From Marinicella sp. (GTDB lineage: Bacteria > Pseudomonadota > Gammaproteobacteria > Xanthomonadales > Marinicellaceae), in the NCBI GenBank assembly GCA_965230295.1, contig OZ246001.1, positions 3,840,001 to 3,904,000 on the forward strand: DNA of 64,000 nt, given 5' to 3'. Under the pieces are notes generated by a model, which worked only from the letters and a program-made list of their open reading frames with translations, made no database searches and had not been told where the DNA came from. The position numbers were made by a program, and so were the translations under genes. This document shows, piece after piece, positions 9,736-17,905 of this stretch. Position 1 is the first letter of the stretch. Each line of letters starts with the position of its first letter.

Positions 9736-11343
9736 ATGAAACCTCAAAAACAACTTTACTGGGCGTTGCTTACGTCTGTATTTTTTAACAACACATCACA
9801 CGCTGGCTTTGATGCCGAATTGAGCTTGAGCGAAATTGAGGGCCTGAACGGCATCGTTGTTCAAGGAGAAAACCCCCATGATATTGCTGGGTTTTCGGTC
9901 AGTCATGCGGGTGACCTCAATGGCGATGAAATTGATGATTTCGTTATTGGTGCTTATGGCGTAGATGAAGGGATTGCCCAGAATGCGGGTCGCAGCTATG
10001 TGGTGTTTGGTTCTGCCTCAGGTTTACCCAGCCCATTGAATCTCTCTACTTTGGATGGCAATAATGGTTTTACCATTCACAGTTCAGCCACCAATGGGGG
10101 CTTTGGTCATTCAGTCAGTCATGCTGGTGATGTGAATCACGATGGATTGGATGATTTAATCATAGGCGCACCTTACTCCAATGTGACCACAATATTCCAA
10201 ACTGGGGCGGCGTACGTGATTTTTGGCCAAGACGAAGGCTTTGACAATGTCATAAATGTTGAAGATTTGAATGGCGATAACGGCTTTGCTATTTTTGGTA
10301 ATCAACAACAGAGTACTTTAGGTTTTTCAGTTTCATCGGCAGGTGACATCAATGATGATGGCATTGATGATGTCATTATCAGTGCACCAAAGACCGATAA
10401 CAATGGTGTCAATGATTCAGGTGCCGCATATGTGATTTTTGGAGATGACTCTGGATTTCCTCACTCTCTTTCCATCTCTGCTTTAAACGGTCTGAACGGA
10501 TTTGAAATTCGTGGTTTTCCATTTCAGTTTAATGGCCCTGAATTAAAAGTAAGTTCGGCAGGAGATGTCAATCACGATAACATCAATGACGTTGTTATTG
10601 GAGGCCCCAGAGTTGGGATAGATGGGCAGGAAGAAGCTGGTGTCGCTGTGGTGGTCTATGGACAATCAACACGCTTTCCTAATCCTGTGCAGATGTCAGA
10701 GATAGATGGTGATAATGGCGTGCATATTTATGGCATTGCTGCATTTGATCAAACCGGTTACAGCGTCAGTGAAGCCGGTGATGTCAATGCCGATGGCATA
10801 GATGACCTGATCATTGGGGCCAGAAGAACTGATTTTAATGTCACCAATACTGGATCGGCATACGTGGTTTATGGTCAATCATCAGGGCTTGCGCATCCTC
10901 TGGATTTAAACGACATCAATGGACTCAACGGCTTTCGCATAGATGGAAACTTATTAGGTGCTGAATTAGGCACTTCTGTCCATTCAGCCGGTGATATCAA
11001 TCATGATGGTATAAACGATCTGGTTGTGGGCGCACCAGACGATTTAGTACCAGATACAAATGCAGCAGGTAAAAGTTATGTGATATATGGCTCTGATCAG
11101 GGCATTGGACATCCCATTAATGTGGCGGCTTTGGATGGCAACAATGGCTTTGCCATCGCAGGTTCGGATGACAATGGGAAATCAGGGCAGGCTGTCAGCC
11201 AGGCTGGTGATGTGAACAACGATGGCATCAGCGACTTCATCATAAGTGCCCATTTAGCTGGTGCCAATGGCATAAATGCAGCAGGAAAAACTTATGTGGT
11301 TTATGGCCGTGAAAAGCCTTTGTTTAAAGGTGGTTTTGAATGA
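9736..11343 (+). CDS. Secreted FG-GAP repeat (integrin-alpha-like) protein
   Basis: Strong SD before ATG 9736, signal peptide ending SHA, seven FG-GAP repeats, C-terminus PLFKGGFE. Confidence 0.85.
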   Translation: MKPQKQLYWALLTSVFFNNTSHAGFDAELSLSEIEGLNGIVVQGENPHDIAGFSVSHAGDLNGDEIDDFVIGAYGVDEGIAQNAGRSYVVFGSASGLPSPLNLSTLDGNNGFTIHSSATNGGFGHSVSHAGDVNHDGLDDLIIGAPYSNVTTIFQTGAAYVIFGQDEGFDNVINVEDLNGDNGFAIFGNQQQSTLGFSVSSAGDINDDGIDDVIISAPKTDNNGVNDSGAAYVIFGDDSGFPHSLSISALNGLNGFEIRGFPFQFNGPELKVSSAGDVNHDNINDVVIGGPRVGIDGQEEAGVAVVVYGQSTRFPNPVQMSEIDGDNGVHIYGIAAFDQTGYSVSEAGDVNADGIDDLIIGARRTDFNVTNTGSAYVVYGQSSGLAHPLDLNDINGLNGFRIDGNLLGAELGTSVHSAGDINHDGINDLVVGAPDDLVPDTNAAGKSYVIYGSDQGIGHPINVAALDGNNGFAIAGSDDNGKSGQAVSQAGDVNNDGISDFIISAHLAGANGINAAGKTYVVYGREKPLFKGGFE

Positions 11344-11362
11344 TGGTCAAACTTTGAGTCCA

Positions 11363-11432
11363 GTGTTTGTTTTGAACGACTTGCTTTTTCCCACCTCATT
11401 TAGCAAGTTCAGTAGGAATAGGCACATTTTTT
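11363..11432 (+). terminator. Stem-loop similar to the one at 9287, after the second FG-GAP gene
   Basis: Inner stem ACTTGCT/AGCAAGT, outer G-U-rich stem GTGTTTGTTT/GAATAGGCAC, ending GGCACATTTTTT. Confidence 0.45.
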
Positions 11433-11472
11433 AAATCTTTTCTTTTAAAATCAATGCAGATTCAGGGATAAC

Positions 11473-11829
11473 ATGATGAATTCAAAAAATATTAACTATG
11501 CGTTCAGCTTGATGTTGCTGCTGTTGGCTTTCAAGTCACTGGCTGAATCAACCACCATCGAAATTCCTGCCGAATTTCACCCAAACAATGAAGCGCTCAT
11601 CTCTGTGGTCAATGTGAATGTGCCCTTAAACGCTACGACAGCCCAGCCTGTCCCTGCTTGTATTATTGTTCATGGCTCTGGCGGGTTGTTTTCTGAAGGT
11701 GAAGTTGGCGAAGCATGTGATACTTCTCCCCATAATATGAGTGGCAATTTCGCTGATTTAATGGCTGTTTTCGAAGAATTAGGCGTGGCAACGATTGCCC
11801 CATCCAAAGAAAAAAATAGGCTGAATTAA
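11473..11829 (+). pseudogene. Truncated secreted alpha/beta-hydrolase (dienelactone-hydrolase-like N-terminus)
   Basis: Signal peptide and PACIIVHGSGG motif, then the ORF ends in AT-rich DNA before any GxSxG nucleophile motif. Confidence 0.55.
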
Positions 11830-11996
11830 TTTTAGATATCTCTTATGGATAGAAATGCATTTTGATTTACTCTCAATTATTAAATCAGGATTAAATCAGG
11901 ATTTAATAATTTAAATTCTTCATTTGAATGGAATAATACAGCCATAAATAAGTATTTTGGGTTTGAGTAAAAAAGAAATAAGCTGTATAGTTAAAC

Positions 11997-12539
11997 TTGA
12001 GATCAAGTCTTAACGACAACAATAAACTGAATAATCAAATGAACATGTTAAAAATAATTGTGACAATTACAACTCTTGTTTTATCATCAATAAGTAAGGG
12101 AGATTCCAAAGAAAGTTGTGAAGATTTATATTCAAAAAGTCTTGAAACAGACTTATACCTAACTTACGAATTATTTGATCAAACTCCAGCAAATGGATTT
12201 CGAAAACTTGCGGGTCAATGTCCAGGCGAAGCTGTTAAATTAATAAAAAACTATATTATCATTAACGAAGCAAAAGAAAGCTCCTTGAGATGGCATATTG
12301 CTCAACTGGAAGGAATGATGGGCAATTATCAGGAGGCTATTATCTTTGCAAATACTGTTCTTACTGAACAAAATACTGGACAGTTTAAATGGAATGATTT
12401 TGTTGAGGGTAAAATTGCATATTGGAAACAAGATTTCGAAACCTTAAAAGATAAGATTAAGATTCTTGAAAGTAATTTGGATCATCGGGGGAACAAGATG
12501 AATGTTGAAATTCTGAAAGGGCATCTTGCTGAAGAGTAA
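11997..12539 (+). CDS. Hypothetical secreted helical (TPR-like) protein
   Basis: Hydrophobic signal-like N-terminus from an internal Met; helical segment LRWHIAQLEGMMGNYQEAI. Confidence 0.55.
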   Translation: MRSSLNDNNKLNNQMNMLKIIVTITTLVLSSISKGDSKESCEDLYSKSLETDLYLTYELFDQTPANGFRKLAGQCPGEAVKLIKNYIIINEAKESSLRWHIAQLEGMMGNYQEAIIFANTVLTEQNTGQFKWNDFVEGKIAYWKQDFETLKDKIKILESNLDHRGNKMNVEILKGHLAEE

Positions 12540-12614
12540 ATCAATCTAAATATATAGATTTCGTAATGAAAGTAATCTTTGCATCAATAAAATTCAATAT
12601 AACTGATTGAGTCT

Positions 12615-15146
12615 ATGCACAAAGCTTTCAATGCTCTTTTAGTGCTTTTGTCTCTGTACTTATTATCTGGTGAAACAAAGTCACAGATTCTTGCTGAGTA
12701 TTTAAATAACTTTTCGAAAAACATAATACTTCAGTGTGATTCTGAAAAAAACAAGAATATAGTTCAGGAAAATTCTAACGTTGTTGGTGAATATGTCTTT
12801 CAAGAGTTTAGTTCACCATCACCATATCTTGGCAAAGAAAGCATGGATGTCTCTCATGAACTTGTTTGGACTGAGACAATTCACTCATCTGATGCCTCAT
12901 ACATTTCACCTTACTTTAGTCAATACGATATTAAGCCAGAAGACTTCTTTGTTTTAAGATCACCAGATCACACAAGATCTTGGACATATGATTTTGAAGA
13001 GTTAGCTAGTTTTAATGGCAAGGGTTTTTGGGGCATACCAATTCATGGTGATACTGCAATCGTTGAATTATATGCAGGTACAAAACAAGGTTCTGGCGGT
13101 ATAACTATTGGTAAGTTTGCAAAAGGCTTTCCTAAAGATATAGAAAAAACCCAATTCAGATCAATTTGTGGCACAGATGACAGTGAAGAAGCCGTATGTT
13201 ATCAATCAACAGAGCCAACTGTCTATGAAAAATCTCTTGCCGTTGTAAGGCTCAATATTGGTGGTGTCATAGCATGTACAGGTTGGCTCGTAGGCAATGA
13301 AGGACATGTCATTACAAATGAACATTGTATAAGCGTTCAAGCAGCTGCAGAAGTTACTTCAATTGAGTTTTTAGCTGAGGGAGCTGAGTGTTCAGATGAC
13401 TGTACATATCCATTTGGCTGTCCAGGAATCATTGAAGCAGCTTCATCACAAGTAGTAAAAATGAATGCTGATTTAGATTATGTTTTGCTCAAACCCAATA
13501 ACCCAATTAACGACCTTCCCTCGACCTATGGCTATTTACAAATGAGGGAAACCGGTGCAGAAATAAATGAACAAATATATATTCCACAACACCCTCGAGC
13601 TTGGGGCAAAAGGATTGCTTATTTTTCAACTGATACAGCTTCAGGCTTAGGAGAAGTTCACAGTTTGAACATGCCACCATGCTCCTTGGTAGGAAGCGAT
13701 GTTGGATATCTATTAGATACACAAGGTGGTTCTTCAGGGTCTCCGGTGATTTCATACGACGACCATAAAGTAGTCGCTCTTCATCATTGTGGAATATGCC
13801 CAAATCGAGGGGTTCCTATAGAAAGTATCATTGATGACTTGGGAGACGATTTACCCAATTCTGCTCTATGCGACTCACCAGAACCACCATTAAATCTAGC
13901 GGCTCAACAAAAGAATGACAATGAAATTCAGCTGACTTGGAGTCATGGTGTTGGTGCAGATTCTTACGACATATACAGATCAGTTGGTATGTGTACACAT
14001 CAATCTTTGGATTATCAACTTATTGCTTCAAAAGTGGTTGGAACCTCATTTATTGATACAACTGTCTCAGGAAATACCACATATTCTTATAAATTGAAAT
14101 CACACAATCAAACTGTTCAATGTGATTCTTTATTCACTGAATGCTCATATGCAACAGCAACAGGGTTATGTACCATGGCCCCAACTTTTGATGGTTTGGA
14201 AACGATATCCTCATCACAATCACCAATTTGTAAAACCTCTTTACAGTGGTCACAAGCGGATCAAAATTGTGGAACTAACATCAGTTACAACATTTACAGG
14301 GATACTGTTGATGATTTCCAACCATCAGTGCAAAATTTAATTTCTGCTTGTGTGGATGGTTTATCATTTAATGACTTTGACCTTCAAAGTGATGCTACAT
14401 ATTATTATTCAGTACAAGCAGAAGACAACAGTGGTAATGGATCAGGGTTGTGTGGTTTTGGTAATGAAAACACGAGCCTCACCCAATCAGGTATTAGACC
14501 AATGGGCCCTAATTCGGTTGTATTTTTTGATGAAGTTCCATCAAGCCAACCCAACGATGCATGGATCGCTGTTAATGGTTCAGGGGATGATGGATCTACC
14601 CATAATTGGTCAATCACTGATTCCCGCTCATTTTCTCCACCTTATTCTTGGTTCATTCAAGAATATTCAGGTAACAAAGAAAAGTTGTTAATTTACAATA
14701 ATTCGCTAAGTGTAAACAATGAGTTTTATATGCTTGAGTTTAACCAGTTTATGGGGCTTGAAAGACTTAAAAGTGGAGCTGTTTTAGAATACTCAACAGA
14801 CAATGGGGCTACTTGGTATGACATACTTAGAGGGAATGGAGTAACTGTGCCCGACAATTCAAGTCGTATTGAACAAACAGGTTATAATGAAAATCCTTTA
14901 ATTGGTGATGGTGTATTAGCTGGTAGATTAGCATGGACTGGTAACACTTACGACGGCTGGCAAAATGTAAAAGTCTCCTTAGCTGATTTTGATGGAACTG
15001 ACATCAAACTCAGATGGCGATATGGTTCTGATTCGAGTGGCAATAACTATGGGTGGTATGTAGATGATGTCAAAATTTACTCTACATCTTCATGTATAAA
15101 CATAGCAGATGACTTAATTTTCATTAACGGATTTGGAGAAGTTTAA
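12615..15146 (+). CDS. Secreted trypsin-like serine protease with FN3-like and C-terminal beta-sandwich domains
   Basis: Signal peptide; catalytic triad motifs TNEHC, LDYVL and DTQGGSSGSPV; FN3-like repeats; GWYVDDV; C-terminus DDLIFINGFGEV. Confidence 0.85.
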   Translation: MHKAFNALLVLLSLYLLSGETKSQILAEYLNNFSKNIILQCDSEKNKNIVQENSNVVGEYVFQEFSSPSPYLGKESMDVSHELVWTETIHSSDASYISPYFSQYDIKPEDFFVLRSPDHTRSWTYDFEELASFNGKGFWGIPIHGDTAIVELYAGTKQGSGGITIGKFAKGFPKDIEKTQFRSICGTDDSEEAVCYQSTEPTVYEKSLAVVRLNIGGVIACTGWLVGNEGHVITNEHCISVQAAAEVTSIEFLAEGAECSDDCTYPFGCPGIIEAASSQVVKMNADLDYVLLKPNNPINDLPSTYGYLQMRETGAEINEQIYIPQHPRAWGKRIAYFSTDTASGLGEVHSLNMPPCSLVGSDVGYLLDTQGGSSGSPVISYDDHKVVALHHCGICPNRGVPIESIIDDLGDDLPNSALCDSPEPPLNLAAQQKNDNEIQLTWSHGVGADSYDIYRSVGMCTHQSLDYQLIASKVVGTSFIDTTVSGNTTYSYKLKSHNQTVQCDSLFTECSYATATGLCTMAPTFDGLETISSSQSPICKTSLQWSQADQNCGTNISYNIYRDTVDDFQPSVQNLISACVDGLSFNDFDLQSDATYYYSVQAEDNSGNGSGLCGFGNENTSLTQSGIRPMGPNSVVFFDEVPSSQPNDAWIAVNGSGDDGSTHNWSITDSRSFSPPYSWFIQEYSGNKEKLLIYNNSLSVNNEFYMLEFNQFMGLERLKSGAVLEYSTDNGATWYDILRGNGVTVPDNSSRIEQTGYNENPLIGDGVLAGRLAWTGNTYDGWQNVKVSLADFDGTDIKLRWRYGSDSSGNNYGWYVDDVKIYSTSSCINIADDLIFINGFGEV

Positions 15147-15316
15147 TAAAAGTTGGCGGTTTACGTAGCTATGTGGTCACTGGGCCCTTATGGAGGTTTG
15201 ATACCCAAATTAGCCCGAATTTAGTCAATCACCCAAGAGTTGACTCAGAAAAACAAATTATCTCAATAGCTTACGTGGGTTTCATGTCCATTTTTGGTTA
15301 AATCTGGCACATCACC

Positions 15317-15913
15317 CTAAATTTGAATTCGAGGTTCCCAACGATGTGATTTATAGTGTCTGTAGCTTTCAAGAAGAGTAAAGTTGTTATTTTCTTTACT
15401 TAATAAGTTTAATGCTTTTAGATATTCATTTTGATTTGAGAAATTGAAGCCAAAGTTTTGAGGTGATTATAATCTTTTGACGACTTCTAAATATGTTAAT
15501 ACTTCTTGTTTATTATTTGGATTGAATGAATGAAAATTTGACCATACAAGTAAGCTGATTTTTTCTCTCATTAAATAAAGATTCAAAATACAAGCATCAG
15601 CATAAAAACTTACTGGTCCATATGTTTGTGAATGTGCTTGACCATCAGTAGTAACTTCTTTATATGCCAACGAGTGTGACTTCATTTTTGTGAAGCCATA
15701 AACAAGTTGATCTGCCAAATGTTTAATGTCATTTGCCCAATGGAATGTATTGAACTTCCAATGACTGTTTTGATTTTTATAAAATTTAGTTCTTAAAATA
15801 TTAAATTCAATATCTAGCTGATTAATTTCTACATGCTTACACACATCATCAGTAAGAGAGTGATAAATGTTATCCGCATTGTCAAACACGTCTTTATTCG
15901 TTAAGTTTGTCAT
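15317..15913 (-). pseudogene. HEPN-domain (Cthe_2314-like) RNase pseudogene
   Basis: Reading past the stops at 15467-15469 and 15395-15397 gives ...EVVKRL*SPQNFGFNFSNQNEYLKALNLLK*RNNNFTLLESYRHYKSHRWEPRIQI*, which contains an R-x4-H motif. Confidence 0.6.
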
Positions 15914-16029
15914 GAAACTACCAAGTTCATAGAAACTATAGATTTTACAATTAAATTATGCTCATGTATTAAAGTTAAAAAAAATCAAATTTGCGTACAT
16001 TTCATAATTTAATTTAACTGGTGTTTTAG

Positions 16030-16102
16030 TTTAGTGGGTTAGTTGTAACTTTAGTGGGTTAGTTGTGAAAAGTTTAGTGGTTTAGTTGTGCCTCCAAAAA
16101 CA
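16030..16102 (-). repeat. Probable transposon end: three 17-bp direct repeats (TnsB-site-like) plus terminal TGT/ACA
   Basis: TTTAGTGGGTTAGTTGT at 16030 and 16050, TTTAGTGGTTTAGTTGT at 16073. The minus strand reads TGTTTTTGGAGGCACAACTAAACCACTAAACT from 16102. Confidence 0.7.
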
Positions 16103-16132
16103 TGGAATAGGTTTGTTAAATGATTAATTAAA

Positions 16133-16160
16133 TATACGCATAATATATATTATGTTAAAT
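16133..16160 (+). other. dif: dif site (XerC/XerD chromosome dimer resolution site)
   Basis: TATACGCATAA-TATATA-TTATGTTAAAT versus E. coli dif GGTGCGCATAA-TGTATA-TTATGTTAAAT. The XerD arm is identical and the architecture is 11-6-11. Confidence 0.92.
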
Positions 16161-16336
16161 AATACATTAATATGTAAATACTAGAGTTGAGAAAATAATA
16201 TTATATATATTTATTTATCAATAATTTAACTATACTTTATAAAGTATATACTCATATACTCATTCATATATTGGTAAATAGAAAATCGGGAGTCTACGAT
16301 AATGGTGATTGATCTGTGTAATTCGTAGAATTTTAA

Positions 16337-16774
16337 TTATTTAAGCCTCACCACCAAAGTGTCACAAGGCGCACCATGAATGATGCTGGACGCTGTGGAT
16401 CCGAGTAACAAGCCAATACCATGCCTGCCATGGGAACCAGAAATAATCAAATCGCTGTCATTTTCGGCGGCATATTTTCTGATTTCTTTGGCGGGACTGC
16501 CAATAACTATGTGAACATGATCTTCTGAAACGCCATATTTTTCAGCGATGGCCATCATGGCGGCCTCAGCTTCTTCTTTGTCTTTACTGTGGATACCTGG
16601 AAGATCAGGTGAAGGCGGTGCCAATGAAGCACTGGGGAAAATCATCAAAACGTCCATCACATGGATCAAGTGAAATTCAGTATCGGCCTGTTTAAGTGTC
16701 ATGGCTTGATCCATGATTTGGCTGCAATCGATGAACGGGTCCAAAGCCACTGTGATTTTATTATAGTTTGACAT
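16337..16774 (-). CDS. uspA: Universal stress protein (UspA family)
   Basis: YNKITVALD start and DLIISGSHGRHGIGLLLGSTASSIIHGAPCD motif; probable ATG at 16774. Confidence 0.9.
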   Translation of the reverse strand: MSNYNKITVALDPFIDCSQIMDQAMTLKQADTEFHLIHVMDVLMIFPSASLAPPSPDLPGIHSKDKEEAEAAMMAIAEKYGVSEDHVHIVIGSPAKEIRKYAAENDSDLIISGSHGRHGIGLLLGSTASSIIHGAPCDTLVVRLK

Positions 16775-16827
16775 GATAAATACCATCAAATTAATGAATA
16801 AAATATCACAACACAAGCTCACCGTTA

Positions 16828-16841
16828 TTGATAAAAGTCAA
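16828..16841. promoter_or_regulatory. FNR/ANR-type box upstream of uspA
   Basis: TTGAT-AAAA-GTCAA versus consensus TTGAT-N4-ATCAA. Confidence 0.6.
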
Positions 16842-16931
16842 GAAGGGCACCAGAATGACCGCCCTATTTCACAACCTTTGTCAGATTGTATATCAGTAAC
16901 AAATCACTTAATATGAAATTTTTGACCATCA

Positions 16932-17831
16932 ATGCTTATGAAACATGTCAGAACCCCAGATGACCGATTTGCAAACCTGAAAGATTATCTTTTTAATCCG
17001 CATTACACTGAAGTGGCTGGTTTAAGGATGCATTATGTTGATGAAGGCGATCAGTCAGCTGATCCTGTTTTGATGTTACATGGTGAGCCCAGTTGGTCCT
17101 ATTTATACCGAAAGATGATACCCGTTTGTGCTGATGCAGGGCATCGTGTACTGGCACCAGATTTAATCGGTTTTGGTAAATCAGACAAACCCACCCGATT
17201 CAAAGATTACAGCTATGCAGCTCACTTGGCATGGTTACAAGCTTTCATGGATCAACTGTCTCTCAACAACATCACTTTGGTGTGTCAGGATTGGGGCTCT
17301 TTGTTGGGTTTGCGACTGGTCACTGCCAATCCAGATCGATTCAAGGCGGTGGTTGTAGGCAATGGCTTTTTACCATCTGGCGATCAACCTATACCCAAAG
17401 CTTTTAAACTGTGGAGAATGTTTGCTAAATACAGCCCCTGGTTTCCAATTGGCAAAATTGTCAGCTATGGCTGTCTCAGTGAACTGAGCGAAGGTGAAGT
17501 CTATGCCTATGATGCACCCTTCCCTGGTCGCAAATACAAAGCAGGTACCCGGGCATTCCCTAAATTAGTACCCACAGAATATGATGCGCCAGAGGCCATC
17601 AACAACCGCGCTGCCTGGAATATACTTGAACAATGGAACAAACCATTTCTGACCACATTCAGCAACAAAGATCCGATCATGCGTGGTGGAGAAAAATATT
17701 TACAGGAACGGGTTCCTGGTGCCAAAGATTTACCCCATGTAATTTTAAAAGGTGGTCACTTTTTGCAGGAAGACTCACCCATAGAGTTTGCACAAGCCGT
17801 GAATGAATTACTGTCGGCTATTAAAGACTGA
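16932..17831 (+). CDS. Haloalkane dehalogenase
   Basis: RTPDDRF start, HGEPSWSYLYRKM, nucleophile motif QDWG, GHFLQED. Confidence 0.9.
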   Translation: MLMKHVRTPDDRFANLKDYLFNPHYTEVAGLRMHYVDEGDQSADPVLMLHGEPSWSYLYRKMIPVCADAGHRVLAPDLIGFGKSDKPTRFKDYSYAAHLAWLQAFMDQLSLNNITLVCQDWGSLLGLRLVTANPDRFKAVVVGNGFLPSGDQPIPKAFKLWRMFAKYSPWFPIGKIVSYGCLSELSEGEVYAYDAPFPGRKYKAGTRAFPKLVPTEYDAPEAINNRAAWNILEQWNKPFLTTFSNKDPIMRGGEKYLQERVPGAKDLPHVILKGGHFLQEDSPIEFAQAVNELLSAIKD

Positions 17832-17860
17832 TTCCACCATCACCAAAATTGTAAAATAAA

Positions 17861-17886
17861 AAAGGCAGGGGTTATTCCCTGCCTTT
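17861..17886. terminator. Bidirectional intrinsic terminator between convergent genes
   Basis: AAAGGCAGGG-N6-CCCTGCCTTT with an A-run on the left. Confidence 0.8.
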
Positions 17887-17905
17887 GATTCCAAGCTTTT
17901 TTCGA

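Larger units (their letters stand above)
1..16102 (-). mobile_element. Tn7-like transposon or island (tnsA, tnsB, tnsC, tniQ, degenerate tyrosine recombinase, cargo); right end near 16102, left end not seen in window
   Basis: Coupled tns operon at 583-6722, three TnsB-site-like repeats at 16030-16089 ending in ACA at 16100-16102, visibly AT-rich DNA with several pseudogenes, and housekeeping genes resuming after 16337. Confidence 0.7.

Noticed and set aside
16030-16089. Three direct repeats as a mini CRISPR array (CAST-like element)
   Set aside because: The repeats are only 17 bp with 3-6 bp gaps, there are no spacers, and no cas genes are visible. They fit transposase binding sites better.
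16337-16774. uspA as transposon cargo, as in Tn6022
   Set aside because: It lies on the far side of dif and the apparent end, has host-like composition and carries an FNR box like other chromosomal genes here.
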